64,000 bases of DNA from Dictyostelium discoideum (GCA_000004695.1 CM000150.2:864001-928000); one strand, 5' to 3'; positions 13,819 to 33,702 are shown, numbered from the stretch's first letter. The notes: a model not told the origin generated them from the letters alone. Numbers and translations: made by a program.

Positions 13819-15318
13819 ATAATAATAATAATATTGATCATATTAAAATATATACGATTGGAGATAATGTTGAATCATATTGGTTTAATGGAAAACCAGT
13901 TGAATCATTGGAATATACAGAGATAAAAGAGATAATACATAAAAAAGGAGAATCAGTTATATCGAATTCAACCAAAGATTCAATACTAAAACAAATTAAA
14001 AGAATATTAAAAGATGAGATATTGATAAAAGTTAGTTCAAGTAATAGTAAAGGTTCAAAAGTAAATAACAATGGAGGTACTAATAATAATAACAATAACA
14101 ACAATAATAGGCAACCACCATTATCATTATCAAATTATATAATGCCATGTGATTGTGATCTTTGTTTAAAAAAAGGATTACCAAATCATTTAAAAAATTC
14201 GCAAATACCAACTACTCCATCTGCTTTATTAGAATATTTAATTATAATATTATTTGTAATGGTTAAACAACAATTGAAGCATCCTTCTCATAATTTTTAT
14301 AATTCTTCAAATAATAATAATAATAATAACAATTCAAATAATTCAAATAATAATAATTCAAATAATAATAATGGTGCAACAACAGCAATCATTGATTTAG
14401 TATCACAAAAACAAAAATTAAAACAAAAACAACAATTAAACTATGTACATACAAGGGTGATATTTAGTTTTATGACCGATCATAAATCATTATTACCAAA
14501 TCTATTTCCTGATAATGGTCAATGTAATTTAAAACAGTATATTTCAATTTGTTTCACTAATCATCCTAGAATTTTTAAAAGTGGTAAAACTTCAAAATTA
14601 TTCACTGCTACTGGTTATTGGTCTTTAATTGATTCAAATATTGATCCTTGGTCTTTAAATATTGTAAATAATACTATAGCTAGTAGTGGTAGTAGTACTA
14701 GTATTACTACTACTACTACTACTACTACAACAACAGCAACAACAACAACACCACCTACACCACCACCAACAACAATAACAGTAGCACAAACAACACCAAC
14801 AACAACACCAACAACACCAACAACAACAACAACAACAACACCAACACCAACAACAAATACAACAACAGTACCTTCCAGTAGTGTTAACCATCATCATCAT
14901 AATAATAATAATAATAAGAGTATAAAGTCGGGAAATGAGCTAAATAATGATATTAAAAATGAAGAAAGTGATGAAGATAATATTATAACTACCAATAATA
15001 ATAATAATAATAGCGAACATATACAGAGTATACAATCACAACAGCAACAACAAATTTCTTATCCATTTATTATGGATAATTTCTTTGGGATCTCAACAGC
15101 AACAGGGAATAATAATAATAATAATATTATAGTTAATGGAAATAGTACAAATAATACTCAACAATATATAAAAAATAAAAAGAGATTAGCAGTTGGTCCA
15201 GTATGTGGTGCAATTACAAAGATTGTTGGTGGTGGAGTAGGTTCTTGTCAAATTATTGGAAAATGTAGGTGGCATAGTAATAATAATAATAATAATAACA
15301 ATAATAATAGTAATAATC

Positions 15319-15403
<85 letters not shown>

Positions 15404-15579
15404 TCATAATAATAATAGTAATAATAATAATATAAATGGGAATTCAACAATTAATACAGATGATCAAATTGATCTTTCACCATCATTGTCACCAACATTC
15501 TCAAATAATAGTGTAAATACAGCAACAACCACCACCACCCCTTCTTCATATAATATTCCATCAATTTTTCTTACAACTC

Positions 15580-15648
<69 letters not shown>

Positions 15649-16011
15649 CTCCACAACAATCTCCACAGCAATTTCAATCTCCACCACAAAATCAACAACC
15701 TCAACTTTCAATACCGTATAAAAAGAGACATATCATTGATAGAAATATAACATACATCGAAGAGACTCATATAAATAGTAATGATAGTGAACATGAATAT
15801 AATGTAGAATATGATGATGATTATTATGATGATGATGACGATGATGATCAACCAGCTTTTAAAAAATTAAATAGCCTAAATAATAATAATAGTAATAACA
15901 ACAATAATAATAATAACAATAACATTAATAACAATAATAGCAATGGATTTTATAATTACAATGGAAATAACTATAGTAATGTATATATAAATGGTAGTAG
16001 TAGTAGTGGTA

Positions 16012-16043
<32 letters not shown>

Positions 16044-16427
16044 TCTTTTTATGGAAATAACAACTTTGTAAACAGTAACCAAAATAACAATGGCCATCAT
16101 CATAATAATCACCATCATAGTAGTGGTAGTAGTCACAATTTGAATGGAAATACAAATGGTTTCCCTTTTACTAATATTCAAAACTATAACCTCAATAGTA
16201 ATAATAGTGGTAATAATAGTGGTAATAATAGTGGTAATAATAGTAATAATAATGGATATTATAATTTCAATAATAGCGGAAATCATCATAACAATTTTAG
16301 TAGTGGAGGAAATCATAATCACAATAGTAATAGTAATAACAATAATAATAATGGCAATAATAGTAATGGTAATGGTTTAGATTTTTACTCATTGTTGGAT
16401 AACAAAAGAATTACTAAAAATTATTAA
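13257..16427 (+). CDS. Paralogue-family member B (1056 aa, single exon): poly-N leader, N-terminal domain (IKIYTIGDNVESYWFNGKPVESLEY), CDCDLC module, FKSGK...GYWSLID...PW, CGAITK...C...CRWH knuckle, long poly-T/N/Q low-complexity stretch
   Basis: Single long ORF. It carries all three N-terminal family motifs, but I could not find a recognisable C-terminal EY.RF module. Confidence 0.7.
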
Positions 16428-17102
16428 ATAAAAAATATATTTCAATGTGTAAATACAAAAATTTTAAATTGTTTATCACATTTTCTCTTTTATTTTTTAT
16501 TTTTTATTTTTTTATTTTTTATTTTTTTATTTTTTTTTTTAATTATTTTTTAAAATAAAAATAATAAATATACAAAAAAGGGTAAAAAAATATTTATTTA
16601 AATTAATATGGATATTGATTGTTAATTTCCAAATTTTGTTTTAATTTTCTTTTTTTTCCTGTGGAACATTATCTTTGTTTAATTCACATAATAATTTAAT
16701 TCTTTTCTGATTGAGTAATAAAAACTTACTTGTTGAGAAATAAAAACTTACTGATTTTGTGTACACTTTCTTTCCAATTAGCAATCGATTTTCTTAGAAT
16801 TTAATTTTTGAAATTCTTTTTCAAAATTCTCTTAAGAGATCATATTTTAGTTTCAAAATGGCAATTATCACAATAATCTCCACTTTCCAAAAATGATTCA
16901 GTTTCAGAATCTTTCAAATTAGTCAAATCAATTTCCAAAGATAATTATCTTTTTCCATTTTTTTTTTATTAAATGAATTTGATTATTTTAATATTAGGAA
17001 GAGTTTTTTTTTTTTTTTCATTTTTTCAATAATTTTGAATTTGTTTAGATAAAATAATAGTTTTTTTTTTTTTTTCATTTTCCCAATAATTCCAAAATTG
17101 TT

Positions 17103-17140
<38 letters not shown>

Positions 17141-17385
17141 AAATTTCAAATTTGAATAAAAAAAAAAAAAAAAAAAAAAAAGAATGTAAATATTAAGTAA
17201 ATTAATACTCAAATTCAAATAAAAATAAACAAATAAATTCGCAAATAAAATTTTTTTTTCTTTATACAAAATTTAATTTAATTTGAAAACTTTTTTTTTT
17301 TTTTTTTTTTTTTTAATTTTTTTGGTATATATTTTAAATAATAAAAAGCTCCCCCCAACCCATTATTTCATTAATTTATAACATT

Positions 17386-17415
17386 TGTGTGGGACGTGTG
17401 GTGTGAGTGTGTTGG
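17386..17415 (+). promoter_or_regulatory. GT-rich (G-box / CA-element-like) block ~250 bp upstream of family gene C. It is preceded by a C-rich block (ctccccccaaccc, ~17351..17363).
   Basis: tttgtgtgggacgtgtggtgtgagtgtgttgg sits inside sequence that is otherwise >85% AT. GT/CA-rich elements of this kind are established developmental promoter elements in Dictyostelium. Confidence 0.35.
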
Positions 17416-17663
17416 TAACTTTTTAAAAAATATAAAAAAAAAAAAAAAAAATAATAATAAAAAATAAAAAATTTTCTTTTTTTTTTTTTTTTTTTCTTTT
17501 TATTTAGCCATGTTAATATTAATTCATAAAGATATTTGAACATTTATTTATTTATTTATTTATTTTATTAGGACAGAAACTTTTTTGTAAAAAAAAAATA
17601 TTATTCAAAATAAAAAAAAAAAAAAAATAAAAAAATAAAAAAAAAAAAAAAAAAAAATTTGGG

Positions 17664-20690
<3,027 letters not shown>

Positions 20691-21148
20691 ATAAAGTTTT
20701 TTTTTTTAAGATAAATACCCAGATATTTTTAGAATTCTGAATTTCCAATTTTTATTTTTTTATATCCCAATACATTTTACATTCATAAATTGAATAATAT
20801 TTTTATTTTAACCTTTGTTTGTAAAAGAAAAAGAAATTGAAAGTAAGTTCAAAGGAAAAAAAAAAAAAAAAAAAATATTTGAATAATAATAAAAATAATA
20901 ATAATAATGAAAGTAATTTAAATAAAAGGTTTTTTTTTTCTTTGACCAGTTTTTTTTTATTTTTTGATCAAAAAACATATTTGCAATATTTTTTTTTTTT
21001 TTTGATAAATATCCAGATATTTTAAGAAATATTTTTTTTTTTACAAAAAATTTGCTTTTTCCCATCATCTTTCACTTTTAAATTTTTAATTTTTATTTTT
21101 GTTTTTTTTTTTTATTCTGATCACAACAACATTTTTTATTCGTAACAA

Positions 21149-21303
21149 ATGAAAAATTTTATTATTTTAACATTTATTTGTTTATTTGTATCATTTGTAA
21201 AATGTGGTTTACCAGAAATTGAAAGTAAGTTTATAAAAAATAAAAAATAAAAAAATAATAAAATAAAATAATAAAATAAAATTTTAAATTCTTATTAATA
21301 AAA

Positions 21304-21351
<48 letters not shown>

Positions 21352-21957
21352 AAAAAAAAAAAGTAAATTCAATTCAAACTTTAATTGAATTATATAATGT
21401 CCCACAATTTGGTGGTTGTGATTCCGGGGTATGTGACTATTGTAGCCAACCTCTTTATTTTCTTTGTGATGAAACAAATACAAATATAAATAAAATGTAA
21501 TGTAAACACTCTAAATTAAAATTTCAAAAAAAAAAAAAAAAAAATATACACATATATATATGTTATTAATATAATAAAATAATAATAAAAAATATAATAA
21601 AAAATGAAGCCATTTAATTGGTAGCGGTCCAATTTTAATTGAATTTCCTGACGTTTTAAAAAATTTTTTATATTTAAAATTATTACATCTTGAAAATTCA
21701 AAATCACCAAATCTTATTATAGGAAACTCAATCTTTATTTCAGAATTAATTTTAAATAATTGCAGTCTTGATTTTTTGCCTCCAGCATTTTCTTTTTCAT
21801 CTATAACTATGAATGATGTATCGTTTAATGGTGATTTAGATATATCAAGTCTTATGGGTCTTCAAGTTTTGTAAGTTGGAAAAAAAAAAAAAAATAATAA
21901 AATAAAATAAAAATATATTTAACTATTTTTAAAAAAGGTATTAACATTAGTTTTTTA

Positions 21958-21989
<32 letters not shown>

Positions 21990-24900
21990 TTCATAGCAAG
22001 TTAACATATTCAAACTCATTAATGATGGGAAATTATAGTTTAACTAATAATAGAAATGTAGTTTTAAGAACAGGAATACTTGAAATAACTTTAAATAATT
22101 TATTAGATTTTACAGTAGTGTCATCAGATTTGTTTGTATTACATTTTACATTTTATTTATAAATTTATATATAAATTATTTTATTAATATTATTAATATA
22201 ATTATTTATTTTATATTAAGTACAATTATATTAGGAAAATATTTTAATGAATCAACTATGATGTCATTTCCTTTAGTTCAAAGTAGAAAATTAAAAGTGA
22301 TTGATGAATATTATAATTTACCAATTAGATTTCCAGAAACGATAAAAATAGAGGCAAAAACAGTTGAATTTGAAAAAATTAACTTTGATACATCATACAA
22401 TTTAAATTTTTCACATTTACTATTTTTAAAAGTACTTTCATTTAGTAGTTGTTCTGGTATTATAGATACATTTTCACAATACCCAAGGGTCATTTTTGGT
22501 GAGCAAACTTATGATACAATGTAAGTTTATTATTATTATTTTTATTTTTATTATTATTATTAGTTTTTAATTATATTATTATTTTTATAGAAAATATTTA
22601 AATTGTGGATTAAATATACTCCCACCAGATTCATATTTTCAAGGTAAATTCTTAGGAATTGATTTAAGTAATAATAATATTACAAGTGAATTACCAAATA
22701 TTTTCCAACCAAATGATACACGACCCCCATTGAATATGGTATTTGGTAATAATAAGTTTTATGGTGTTATACCTCCAAACTTTTGTTATCATGCTTTTAA
22801 TATTTCATATAATAATTTCCAAACAGAATTACCAATGTGTTTTATATGTCATTATTACTCAATTAAAGATAGTTTAATGGGGAATAATTATACAAACATG
22901 GTTAATGGTAAACTTCCAAATTGTACAGGAATAAAGTTCACTTCAAATGCTGTATTTGCATTGAACGAATATTCATTTGTTGAAGGAGAGAATTTAGGTT
23001 GGAGTTATGCTAATCAAGAAAATATACTTACGACTCCCTATGTCTCTCTAACTACGTTTATACCAAATAAAAAAATGAAAATTTACTTTTCAACAATGGC
23101 TTCATATCCGATATTAAAGAAAAATAATTTTACAGTAAATTTATTTTATAAAGAAATTCCATTCAATACAACTATTAATGTTGAAATAAGTCCACCAATT
23201 ATTAAAGGTATTTTCCCAGATCCTCCAAATATGTATAGTTCAAGTTTTATGATTGTTGGTACAGCACTTCAATCGGATGGAGCACCATATGAAATTCCAA
23301 CTATTTATTTCGATAATATGCAATGTATTGTTAAATATGTTACAAGTTTAAGTCCTTATTGTACAATTAATAGTTTTATAGCAGATAAAATCTATAATGT
23401 TAGCTTTTATTTACCATCAACAAACTTGACATCTGAAATATATCAATATAATTTCACAAGAATTTCTCCATACATTTTTGAAATAATTTCACCAAAAAGA
23501 GATCAAGGTGGGTTAGTCCAATTTTTAGGTTATTTTTCAGGTTTCACCACCCCAAGTGTTGAAATTGGTGGTAACGTTTTAAATGTTCTCTTTTATAATA
23601 TAACATTAATAACAACATCGATTGGAGCTGGTAGTGGACCTTTGTTATATAATATCACCTTTGACAATCTTGTTAGTCATAGTGGTAAATTTAGATACTC
23701 TGATGATCCAATCTACTGTGATTTTTGTAATGAATTTAATGGTGGTGGTGTTTGTAATACTACAATTGGAAAATGTGAATGCTCAAATAAATATCAAGGT
23801 AGTACATGTACGATCACATCTCAATATGTATCATCAATCATTCCAAGTTCAACTGAAGGTGGTTTAGCAATATTCAATGGTTGGTTTGGTAATGATCCTC
23901 ATAATAATTTAAAAGTATTCATTGGTGATAAACAATGTTTACCAATTTTCACAACTAATGAAACTACAATCACTTGTGAAGCACCACCAGGTGATGGAAT
24001 ATTCACTATTCAAGTTAATCAAAATTCTGTTGATTATACTTTAAAAAATTCATATGAATATTTTAAACAAATTAAAGAATGTCCAAATGATTGTACTTCA
24101 AAAATTAATGGTCAATGTAATAAAACCACTGGTTTTTGTAATTGCTTTACAAATTGGTATGGCTTCGATTGTAGTATTTTTAGTAATCAATCACCAAATT
24201 CAAATACATCAATTGATTATAATAATGGTAATACAAATATTACAAATCAAGAGACAATCTTTCAAATTTCATTTTATTCACTATTAGAAATTGATATAAA
24301 TGGTAAAACAGTAAATGAATATCAATTAAATAATAATTGGATAATTAATAATAATAATAGTAATAGTAATCAATTTATTTATTCATTTATTCAAAGTATT
24401 CAAAATAATGGATCTTGTAATATTACATATAGAATTGAAGAGATTCAAGTTGAAAAGAATATATCTTTTGCAGGTATTGATTATTCATTGGAAGGTGGTT
24501 CAATAAAAACAACTATATTAATTGAAAATTATAAATATTCAAGTAATTTAAATACACTACAATTACAATTTAAATCTTTAGCTACTAGTAATAAAAATAT
24601 TGATAATGATGATGAATGTGACATCAATGAAAAAGATACAATAATTGATAGTAATCAACAAGGTTATGTTACTATTATAAAGAATTCAAAGATATTAATT
24701 GGTAGATTTTTAAATAGAATCATTTCTGATGGTAAATCAACATTTATTTCAACATCTTTAATTTCAAAAAGTAATGATTCTGTCATTGTTGGAATGAATT
24801 TACCACATTGCATAAATTGTTTTATTGATCCAGATTATTCAGTTTTGGTAACACCTAATTTCAAATCAGATTGTGGAAATTCTGAAAATAATAAAAAACA

Positions 24901-25039
24901 GTGGCTTATTCCGGTAGTTGTTGTCGTTCCAATTATTGCAATTTCTTTAATAGTTGCCATATCTTATATTATTTATCGTAAAAAAATTAATAGAAAATTT
25001 AAAAACAAATTAAAAATGATTGAATTATCAAATAAATAA
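21149..25039 (+). CDS. Multi-exon secreted/type-I membrane protein: signal peptide, LRR-like repeats, IPT/TIG-like and two EGF-like modules, C-terminal TM helix. Exons: 21149..21224 (signal peptide, GTAAGT donor), ~21364..21495, ~21615..21868 and ~21990..22130 (LRR-like, boundaries approximate), ~22215..22520, and terminal exon 22591..25039.
   Basis: Exon 1 encodes MKNFIILTFICLFVSFVKCGLPEIE followed by GTAAGT. The middle exons translate to LRR-like peptides (LENSKSPNLIIGNSIFISELILNNCSLDFLPP...). The exon ending at 22520 (GTAAGT at 22521) is in phase with the acceptor tttttatAG at 22589/22590. The terminal exon contains CDFCNEFNGGGVCNTTIGKCECSNKYQGSTCT, CPNDCTSKINGQCNKTTGFCNCFTNWYGFDCS and the TM segment WLIPVVVVVPIIAISLIVAISYIIYRKK. 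Confidence 0.6.
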
Positions 25040-25504
25040 TTTTAGATTTATTATTATAATTAAAAAAAAAAAAAAAAAAAAAATTCAAAAAACAAAATTA
25101 CATTCATTTTTTTTATATTTTATATCATTTTCTGTATTTTTTTAGTATTTTATTTATTAATACTAAATCTATATTAAAAATAAATAAAATTAAATCATAA
25201 ACCAAAAATAAAAAAAAAAAAAAAAAAAAATGAAAAATGAAAAAAAATGAAAAATGAAAAAAAATGAAAAAAAAATTTTTTTTTCCAAGGTAAGTTTTAA
25301 TCAACAAAAAGAATTCTTTTTTTATAAAAAAAAATATAAAAAAGATTTTTTTTTTTTATTTTTTATTTTTTTTTTTTATTTTCAAAAAAAGAAGATTTTT
25401 AGTCCCTAAAAAAAAAAAAAAAAAAAAAAAATTTAAAAAAAAAAAAAATATTTACAACCATCGATAGTACCTTATTATAATAAGGGTTGATAATAATTAT
25501 AAAA

Positions 25505-25536
<32 letters not shown>

Positions 25537-25583
25537 CTTTTTTAATATTTATCCGTAAACAGTTAGAGATATATGAAATTAAA

Positions 25584-25623
<40 letters not shown>

Positions 25624-25671
25624 AGTAATAAAAAAAAAACACATAAAAAAAAAAAAAAAAAAAATCACACC

Positions 25672-26550
25672 ATGATAGAAGATAGTATTAGAATATTTAC
25701 AGTTGGAGAAAAAGAGAGTCTATGGTTAAATAATCAACCAATTGACTCATTAGAATCAGGGGAAATCAAATCATTCCTACAAAAGCATAACCAAACAACA
25801 ACACAATTATCAACACAATTTTATTTAAACACAAATCAAGCATTAATAATAGTAAAAGAATTTTTAAAAAAACAATTAAAAGATAGAATTTTAAAATCAA
25901 CAACTACAACAACAACAACAACATCTACAACATCAACCACCACGACTAATAATAATAATAATAATAATAATATTAAAATAACAGAACCATGTATATGCTT
26001 ACTTTGTAAAAAAGGTAAACCAAGTTATTTTAAATCAATTGATGGATTACCAGAATCATATCATACATTATCAGAGTATATAGCAGTTGCAATATTATCA
26101 TTAACTGGTATGGTAAAAGATTTAATATCAAAAGAAACCTATAATTCAATGAATTCTCAAGAAAAGGAGAGATTAAATTATGTTAAAAATAAATCAATTT
26201 ATCATTTCTTATCGACACATAGTGGTTTATTAAAAATTGATGATGGTTTATTCAATAATTCAAAGAATACTGCAAGATCAGATATTAGACAATACATTAC
26301 AAATTGTTTATTCAATTTATCTACTCACTTTAAAACTGGTAAAGATTTATTCAATGGTAATGGTTTTTGGGCTTTAATAGATTCAAATTTTAATCCTTGG
26401 TTAGCACCATTCGATTCAACTTCTCCATTAAATAAAATTAAAAAGAATAATAATAATAACAATAACAATAATAATAATAGCAATTTACCAGATGATGTAA
26501 GTAAAAGTAAAATCAATTCTTCAAATGATAATAATAGTGATAATGATAAT

Positions 26551-26627
<77 letters not shown>

Positions 26628-27537
26628 TGATGAAAGTGAAGAAGATGAAGGAAATGTAAATATTAAAAAACAACCACAACAACCTATAACAAGACAAAGA
26701 AGAGAGATAATATCACCAAGATCTCATTCAACGATATCTTCTGCTTCATCTTCTCCTTCATCTGTATCACCATCACCATATCAACCATCAACTCCAAAAA
26801 AAGATGAATCTTCTAAATTCTGTGGTGCAATTTGTTTAAATGGTCGTCGTTGTGAACATGTTGGTCGTTGTCATCACCATTTTCAAGTTGGTGATAGAAA
26901 TAAAAAACAATATATTCCTGTTTCTGTGCAACAAGTTAATACTACTTCTTCCAATAATAATGCCAATAATTCCACAACTTCAATACCCACTACACCACAA
27001 TCAACATTAAAAACAAGAGTAACTTTAAAAAGAAGTTTAGATATCTCAAATGAAAATAATAACAATAATAATAATAATAATAATATTAACAATAATAATA
27101 ATAATCAAAAACAAAAACACAGTAGAAATGAAATTGATGATATTGAAAAAGATGAAAAATTAAGTGTTAACGATTGGGAAAGGAAAATTTTATTTAAATT
27201 CAATTTTTATCCAATAATTAATAGAATGAATGAACTTAATAGAAATTATGGTATCTCCAAAGAGTATGCTCGTTTCATCGCATTGAAAATAGTTTATGAT
27301 GGTGATAATTCTTTAAACTTGGTGCCATGTGAAACTGTTGAATCATTTTGGAAAATGTTTGTTCTTGATACTGCAAACTATAGAAATTTCTTTGAGACTA
27401 TGGGAATTGATTTCATCGATTATGATCCAAACGAAGATGATTATAATTTCAATTCAAATAAAAAAAAGCGTTATCAAAATACTCTTTCATTATATAAAAA
27501 ACATTTTAGTTTTGATAGTGATATGTGGGATAATTAA
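25672..27537 (+). CDS. Paralogue-family member D (single exon). The ORF track starts at 25573, but the first 33 codons are poly-Lys read from a poly(A) tract, so I place the likely start at ATG 25672 (MIEDSIRIFTVGEKESLWLNNQPIDSLE).
   Basis: It carries the full set of family motifs: N-terminal domain, CICLLCKKGKP, THFKTGKDLFNGNGFWALID..NPW, CGAICLNGRRCEHVGRCHHHF and the C-terminal WERKILFKFNFYPIINRM...SKEYARFIALK...FW...KKKRYQNTLSLYKKHF. Confidence 0.75.
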
Positions 27538-27627
27538 AATATATAAATAAACAAATATACAAAATTTAATAATTAAAAAACAATTGTATTCTAAATAACA
27601 ATAATAAAAAAACAAATAATTAAATAA

Positions 27628-27663
<36 letters not shown>

Positions 27664-27809
27664 ATTTTTTATATATTTTAACAGCAAATTAATAAAAAAA
27701 GTTATATCTTTTTTTTTTTTTTTATTATATTCGATTATTTTAATTTTACATTTCTATGCTGTAATTATATATTTGTTTTATTATTATTATTAAATTAATT
27801 AAATTATTT

Positions 27810-30228
<2,419 letters not shown>

Positions 30229-30568
30229 CTTTTTATATCTTCTTGTAGCTAAAAACCTTCTTATTAATGATTGTACTTTTATAATACACCAAATTTTATG
30301 ACTATTTTTTGAAACAATTCTGAGAAGAAAAAAAAAAAAAAAAAAAAAATTTTAAAAATAGAAATAATAAAAAAAAAAAAAAAAGTTAATATAAAATTTT
30401 TACTTGATTATTATTTTTATTATAAAAAATTAAAATATATATAGTGATTATAATGATTATTATTATTATTATTATGATTATTATATTAATGATTTGTATG
30501 TATGTATGTATGTATTATTATTATTATTTTATTATTATTTTATTTTAATTTTTTTTAATTTATTTATC

Positions 30569-30603
<35 letters not shown>

Positions 30604-30739
30604 GTAGGTTTTTTTTTTTTTTTATTTTTTTACAATAAACAACAATAATATAAATATATTTAAAAAAATGATAATAAAATTATTTTTTTTTTTTTTTTTT
30701 TTTTTTTTGTGTACATTTTAAAATTATTAATTTTAGAAT

Positions 30740-30805
30740 GGGTGTGTGGTGTGTGTGAGCGAGAGAGTGTGTGTTTTTGTTTTGTTAAGTGGGAGTGTAA
30801 ATTTG
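30740..30805 (+). promoter_or_regulatory. GT-rich block (G-box/CA-element-like) containing the 15-mer gtgtgtgtgagcgag, which recurs at 31969..31983
   Basis: gggtgtgtggtgtgtgtgagcgagagagtgtgtg lies inside a ~4.8 kb ORF-free AT-rich region. Confidence 0.3.
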
Positions 30806-31029
30806 AATTATTGATATTACGGATTATTGTTTGTTTTTTTTGCCAATGTTTTATTAGCTACTTTGGACATTTTTTTTCTTTTTTTTTTATTTTTCAATTA
30901 TTTTCAAGTATATACAAAAGACCATAAAATCTGGGAAGGTAAAAAAAATAATTAAAAAAAAAAAAAACAAAAGCAAAAACTTTTTTGTAATTTAGTCAAA
31001 TGGAATCTTGATCAATTTGTGGTAGTGGT

Positions 31030-31064
<35 letters not shown>

Positions 31065-31539
31065 GTGCTATTGTTATTTTTGATCTTGATATTATTATTA
31101 TTGTTATTGATGTTGTTATTAATTTTGTTGTTGTTGTTGTTGTTGTTGTTGTTTGTTCTATTATTGTTATTTTTGAGGTTGATAGATTGATATTATATAA
31201 TATATTACAAAATAAATAAATAAATAATTTTTTTTTTCTACTGTTTTCTTTTTTTTTTTTTTTGAAAATATATATTATGATGATGAAGATGATGAAATTG
31301 GCTATATTATATTGTTATTTCTCTAAGTTGTAGTGGTAGTAATAAAATTAACCAAAGCATAAGAAATTATATATGTATGTATGTTGAATATTATATTATG
31401 GAACAAGTGTATATAAGTAAGAAAACTCTATTCTGTAATAATAATAAATATAAAATATTATAAATATAAAATATTATAAATATATATGGTTATAATTAAT
31501 TAATATTTATATAGATATATATATATATTTATATAAAAC

Positions 31540-31570
<31 letters not shown>

Positions 31571-31841
31571 TAATAATTCTAATAATAGTATAATAACAAT
31601 AATATAATAATATAATAATAATATGGATGTTTATATAGAAATGATGAATAAACAAATAACAACACACCTCGTTATTTTTTTAAATTTTTGTTTCAAATTA
31701 TTTGTTTTTTATTTTTAAAAAATTTTTTAATTAATTTAACCAATAATAAAAATATATTAAATCTATGGTTATAAATATTTTAATTAAAAGAACAATAACA
31801 TAATAATATTAAATATTTTGTTTTTAATAATATTTTTTTAT

Positions 31842-31879
<38 letters not shown>

Positions 31880-31940
31880 TTTTTGTGTAGTATCATTAAG
31901 TGGTTGTGGTTGGAAAAAAAAAAAAAAAAAAATATTGTAT

Positions 31941-31996
31941 TGGTTTGTCTGTGGTTTTGTGTGTGTGTGTGTGTGTGAGCGAGTGTAAGAGACAGG
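31941..31996 (+). promoter_or_regulatory. Second GT-rich block containing (gt)n-gagcgagtgtaagagacagg. It shares the 15-mer gtgtgtgtgagcgag with 30749..30763.
   Basis: Direct sequence identity of a GC-containing 15-mer 1.2 kb apart in an AT-rich desert. Confidence 0.3.
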
Positions 31997-33002
31997 TATT
32001 ATAAAAAAAAAATATAAAAAAAAGAGAAAAAGAAAAAAAGAAAATAAATGGCTATATATTCATTAACATATCAATTGAAAAAAATATTTATTTATTATAT
32101 TATTTTTTATTACTATTCTTAAATTCTTGTAAAAAGGTGTAATTGTGGGGAAAAATAAAAAACCAATAGATTGATACTAAGGTGAATAAATATTAAATTT
32201 ACTTTACTATTAACTAATTATGAAATATTTGATTTTGAAATGGTTTTATTACTTCCCCTTTTCCTTGTACTACTATTATATTTTTATTTTTATTTTTATT
32301 TAATATTATTTTTAAGATATGATATTATTTATTTTTATTTTTTTTTTTTTTTTTATTTTTTTTTCTTTTTTTACTATTAAAATTAAAAAAACACTTGCGA
32401 ACCAACCCAAACAATTATTGATAATGGAAAAAAATAAAAAAATAAAAAAAAAAAAAAATAAAAAAACTATTTTAAAATAAAAAAAAATATTAAAAAAAAA
32501 GATAGGATCTGACAATATCTTTACAAAAAAATGTTAAAGGAGGTTTTTTTCATTTTCATTATTATAATTTTGAAAACAAATGAAATGAGAAAAAAAAAAA
32601 AATTAAGTGTGTGTGTCATTGTGGGGGAAATTTTTGTCTTTTATTTACCTCCTTTCAAGTTGATAACTGATTTAAAAAAAATGATATTTTGATTTTATAT
32701 GTATGGGTATAAGTGGTGGGTTTGGTATACTGTGATTTTGAATTTTTGAAGGTTTTATTTTTTATTTTTTTTAAATTTTTCTATTTTTATATGTTGATTT
32801 TTTAATAAATGATTTTTATAATTTGATTTTATAATTATTTTTAATTTATATTTTTAATTTATTAAATTATTTAATATATATTGTCCTATTTTTGATTAAA
32901 TACCCACTGAAACAATGATATTAATTTTTAATTTTTATTTTTTTTTTTTTTTTTGGATGGCAAACAAAAAAAAAAAAAATAAAAAAATAAAAAAATAAAA
33001 AA

Positions 33003-33034
<32 letters not shown>

Positions 33035-33702
33035 AATAATTTTTCAAATAATTTCGTTTTTGGGCTTTTACTGAGTCGCGTTACTTAAATATAAGTTAAT
33101 TTTATAAATGTCCCAAAAAAAAAATTTTAAAGGACCTCACATCGTTTTTTTTTTTTTTTTTTCTAATAATTATTTAAATTTGATATTATTTTTTTATTTT
33201 TAATAATTTTTTTTAACAATGGGTTACAACACACTATTTTAATCAATATTTAAATAATTTTTTCTTTTTTTTTTTTTTTTTTTTTTTTTTTTAGTTAGTT
33301 ATCACAGTCAATTTTTGATTTGACTAAAATGTTAAAATTATAATAAAATTAATAAAATAATTAATTAATAACATTTAACATTAAAAATGAAATTTTAATA
33401 TCATTAAAAATGAAAATTTAAGTGAATTAAATTAAAAATTTCATTATTTTAAATTTATTTAATTTTAATTTTGCTTAACCTTAAGGTTGGTCAGATATAA
33501 TTTATGCATCGCTGGTCGTTTGACCACAGCTTGTTTTCCAAAATGTGACTCCCTAAAATTTGTAAAGAATACTGTGTGTCTGTATAGAAAAAAAAAAAAA
33601 AAAAATAAAAATAAAAATAAAAATAAAATAATAAAACACAGCAAAGAAAATATCACATTTTAACCAACTATCTCCTCTTCCTATAGACAATATGATAGAT
33701 GA

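Noticed and set aside
12929-13841. Minus-strand ORFs (12929..13318, 13305..13841, 13406..13696) encoding poly-L/I/F
   Set aside because: These are antisense readings of the (AAT)n/(A)n tracts of gene B and its upstream region. They are pure low complexity and not genes.
16860-16960. Possible upstream exon for gene C (atggcaattatcacaataatctcc…)
   Set aside because: It terminates after 12 codons and has no family similarity and no splice donor.
22311-22493. Minus-strand 60-aa ORF
   Set aside because: Antisense to a well-supported coding exon of the LRR/TIG/EGF gene.
25573-25671. Poly-Lys N-terminal extension of gene D in the ORF track
   Set aside because: It is read from a poly(A) tract. The conserved family N-terminus begins at the internal ATG 25672.
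32120-32640. DUSE-like (cccacaat) small-RNA upstream elements on the minus strand at ~32141 and ~32630
   Set aside because: No GC-rich or structured RNA-like sequence lies at the expected ~60 nt downstream, so this is likely a chance match.
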